From: Yuukianura sp. NJ FZ-2021
Lineage: Eukaryota
Length of the DNA stretch: 64,000 nucleotides
Assembly: GCA_046563655.1 (NCBI GenBank)
Contig: CM102287.1
Span: forward strand, 9,114,001 to 9,178,000
Direction of reading: 5' to 3'
The notes under the pieces were generated by a model. It saw nothing but the letters and a program-made list of their open reading frames with translations, made no database searches and was not told the origin of the DNA. This document shows, one piece after another, positions 62,744-64,000 of the stretch; position 1 is the stretch's first letter, and each line of letters begins with the position of its first letter. Both the position numbers and the translations under genes were made by a program.

Positions 62744-64000
62744 ATGTATTATTTAGCGTTACTAATTTTTGGAATTTTGTTGACCTTGAGTATACAGGTC
62801 ACGGCTGAAACTGCATCTTGTCCCAATAAGAATCCTCCGACAGGCAAAGTCCTAAATGGAAGTACTTTAGCGTGGCGGGACGACATCGAACCCGATGAGC
62901 CCGCCCTGGAATCAAAATCTGTGTTTGACATACCCAATGATCCAGCACTAATCAAGTTTCTGTATTTTCCAAAGTCTGGGTACGTTTACCGAACTTAACG
63001 TAACAAAACACGCAATTTCTAACCCAGAGGTCAACTGAGGTCAAATGGATTACAGGGGGTGGCAGGAAATCAAGGTCGATGATGTAGCGTTTTTTGAAAA
63101 CAGTGGATTTGTCAAGGGCTACCCGCTTAAAGTTCTCGTACATGGATTCTGGAGCAATAGAGAGTCGGAATTCCCGAAAAAGTTAACAGAGTGTAACTCC
63201 GACTTTTCAAAATTCTAAAAAACTATTATGAAAAATATTTTTAAAAACCCAAAAATATTTTGAATATTTGTATAGATTACGTAAGGTCATCGGAGGAGAT
63301 GAATCTGATCGTTGTAGACTGGGGTGCAGTAGCCGGATCGAGTCTGCTCCATTACCCAGCAGCCGTACAAAACACAAAAGTTGTCGGAGTGCATTTGGCC
63401 AAACTTTTGATATTTATAGTTGCACAAGGTATGTTAACCTAACTAACCTAATCAACAAAACCTAATTTTAGCATACAAGCATGTGCTAACAAGGTGGAGT
63501 AAATTCGTACGACGACATTCACTTGCTTGGATTCAGCCTTGGAGCGCATGTAACCGGAGTAGCTGGCCACAATGTATTCACAGCTACCAATGTTAAAATT
63601 GGACACATTACTGGTTTCGATCCTGCTGGACCATCATTCGGCGTTACAAATAGCGATTTTGCTGCGAAGCTTGACAAAAATGACGCCACATTCGTGGACT
63701 CCATTCACTCTAACGCAGGCGTCCTTGGAACAGAAGAGGCCTCTGGACACCTTGACGTCTATCCTAACGGTGGCGGCTCAAGTCAACCCGGTTGCTTTTT
63801 ACGTAACGACATTATCCTAACGTAATCTCTAACCTAATATTAGCCTAACGTAAAGCAACCTAATTCTAGCCTAATATTAGCCTCATGCAATCATGGTTAC
63901 TCTCATTTACTGTACCTGGAGGGACTCAAGAATCCTAAGAAATACGTCCCATGTAAATGCGAACCTTGGAACTGGAATACACAGGGCGAATGCAGAAAGA
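62744..64000 (+). CDS. Secreted pancreatic-lipase-family (neutral lipase / phospholipase A1-like) protein; 3' end outside the window
   Basis: Exons 62744-62979, 63056-63192, 63276-63428, 63494-63802 and 63881->64000. Signal peptide MYYLALLIFGILLTLSIQVTA; VLVHGF; NLIVVDW; nucleophile HLLGFSLGAHV; catalytic Asp in ITGFDPAG; DATFVDSIHS; GHLDVYPNGG..QPGC; catalytic His in SCNH. Confidence 0.92.

Noticed and set aside
63028..63055. Apparent frameshift at the start of lipase exon 2
   Set aside because: It disappears when the acceptor TACAG at 63055 is used instead of CCCAG at 63027.

Overview
AT-rich eukaryotic genomic DNA with mostly short (60-100 nt) GT-AG introns; arthropod-like, possibly springtail (inference from gene content and style). 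From left to right: (1) part of a foldback-type element with long inverted repeats and internal 19-bp repeats (1-409); (2) an MFS transporter gene (minus); (3) an eva-1 homolog (plus; signal peptide, two SUEL/galactose-lectin domains, one TM helix). Its signal-peptide exon (~4.8 kb) is separated from the rest by a 36.8-kb intron, and exon 3 has a 1-nt frameshift as assembled; (4) four tandem 3-exon genes for ~380-aa divergent gustatory-receptor-like membrane proteins (minus); (5) a 12-exon CEP170-like FHA gene (minus) with a U12-type AT-AC intron and a GC-AG intron; (6) a divergently transcribed pancreatic-lipase-family gene with a very short lid, running off the right end. The long intron has no recognisable coding sequence but holds a ~30-bp-periodic motif array and enriched motifs (AAGGGCCCTT, AAGTGAAAGT, AGGTCA repeats). 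All gene models were spliced by hand and family assignments come from motif recognition; no database searches were run.
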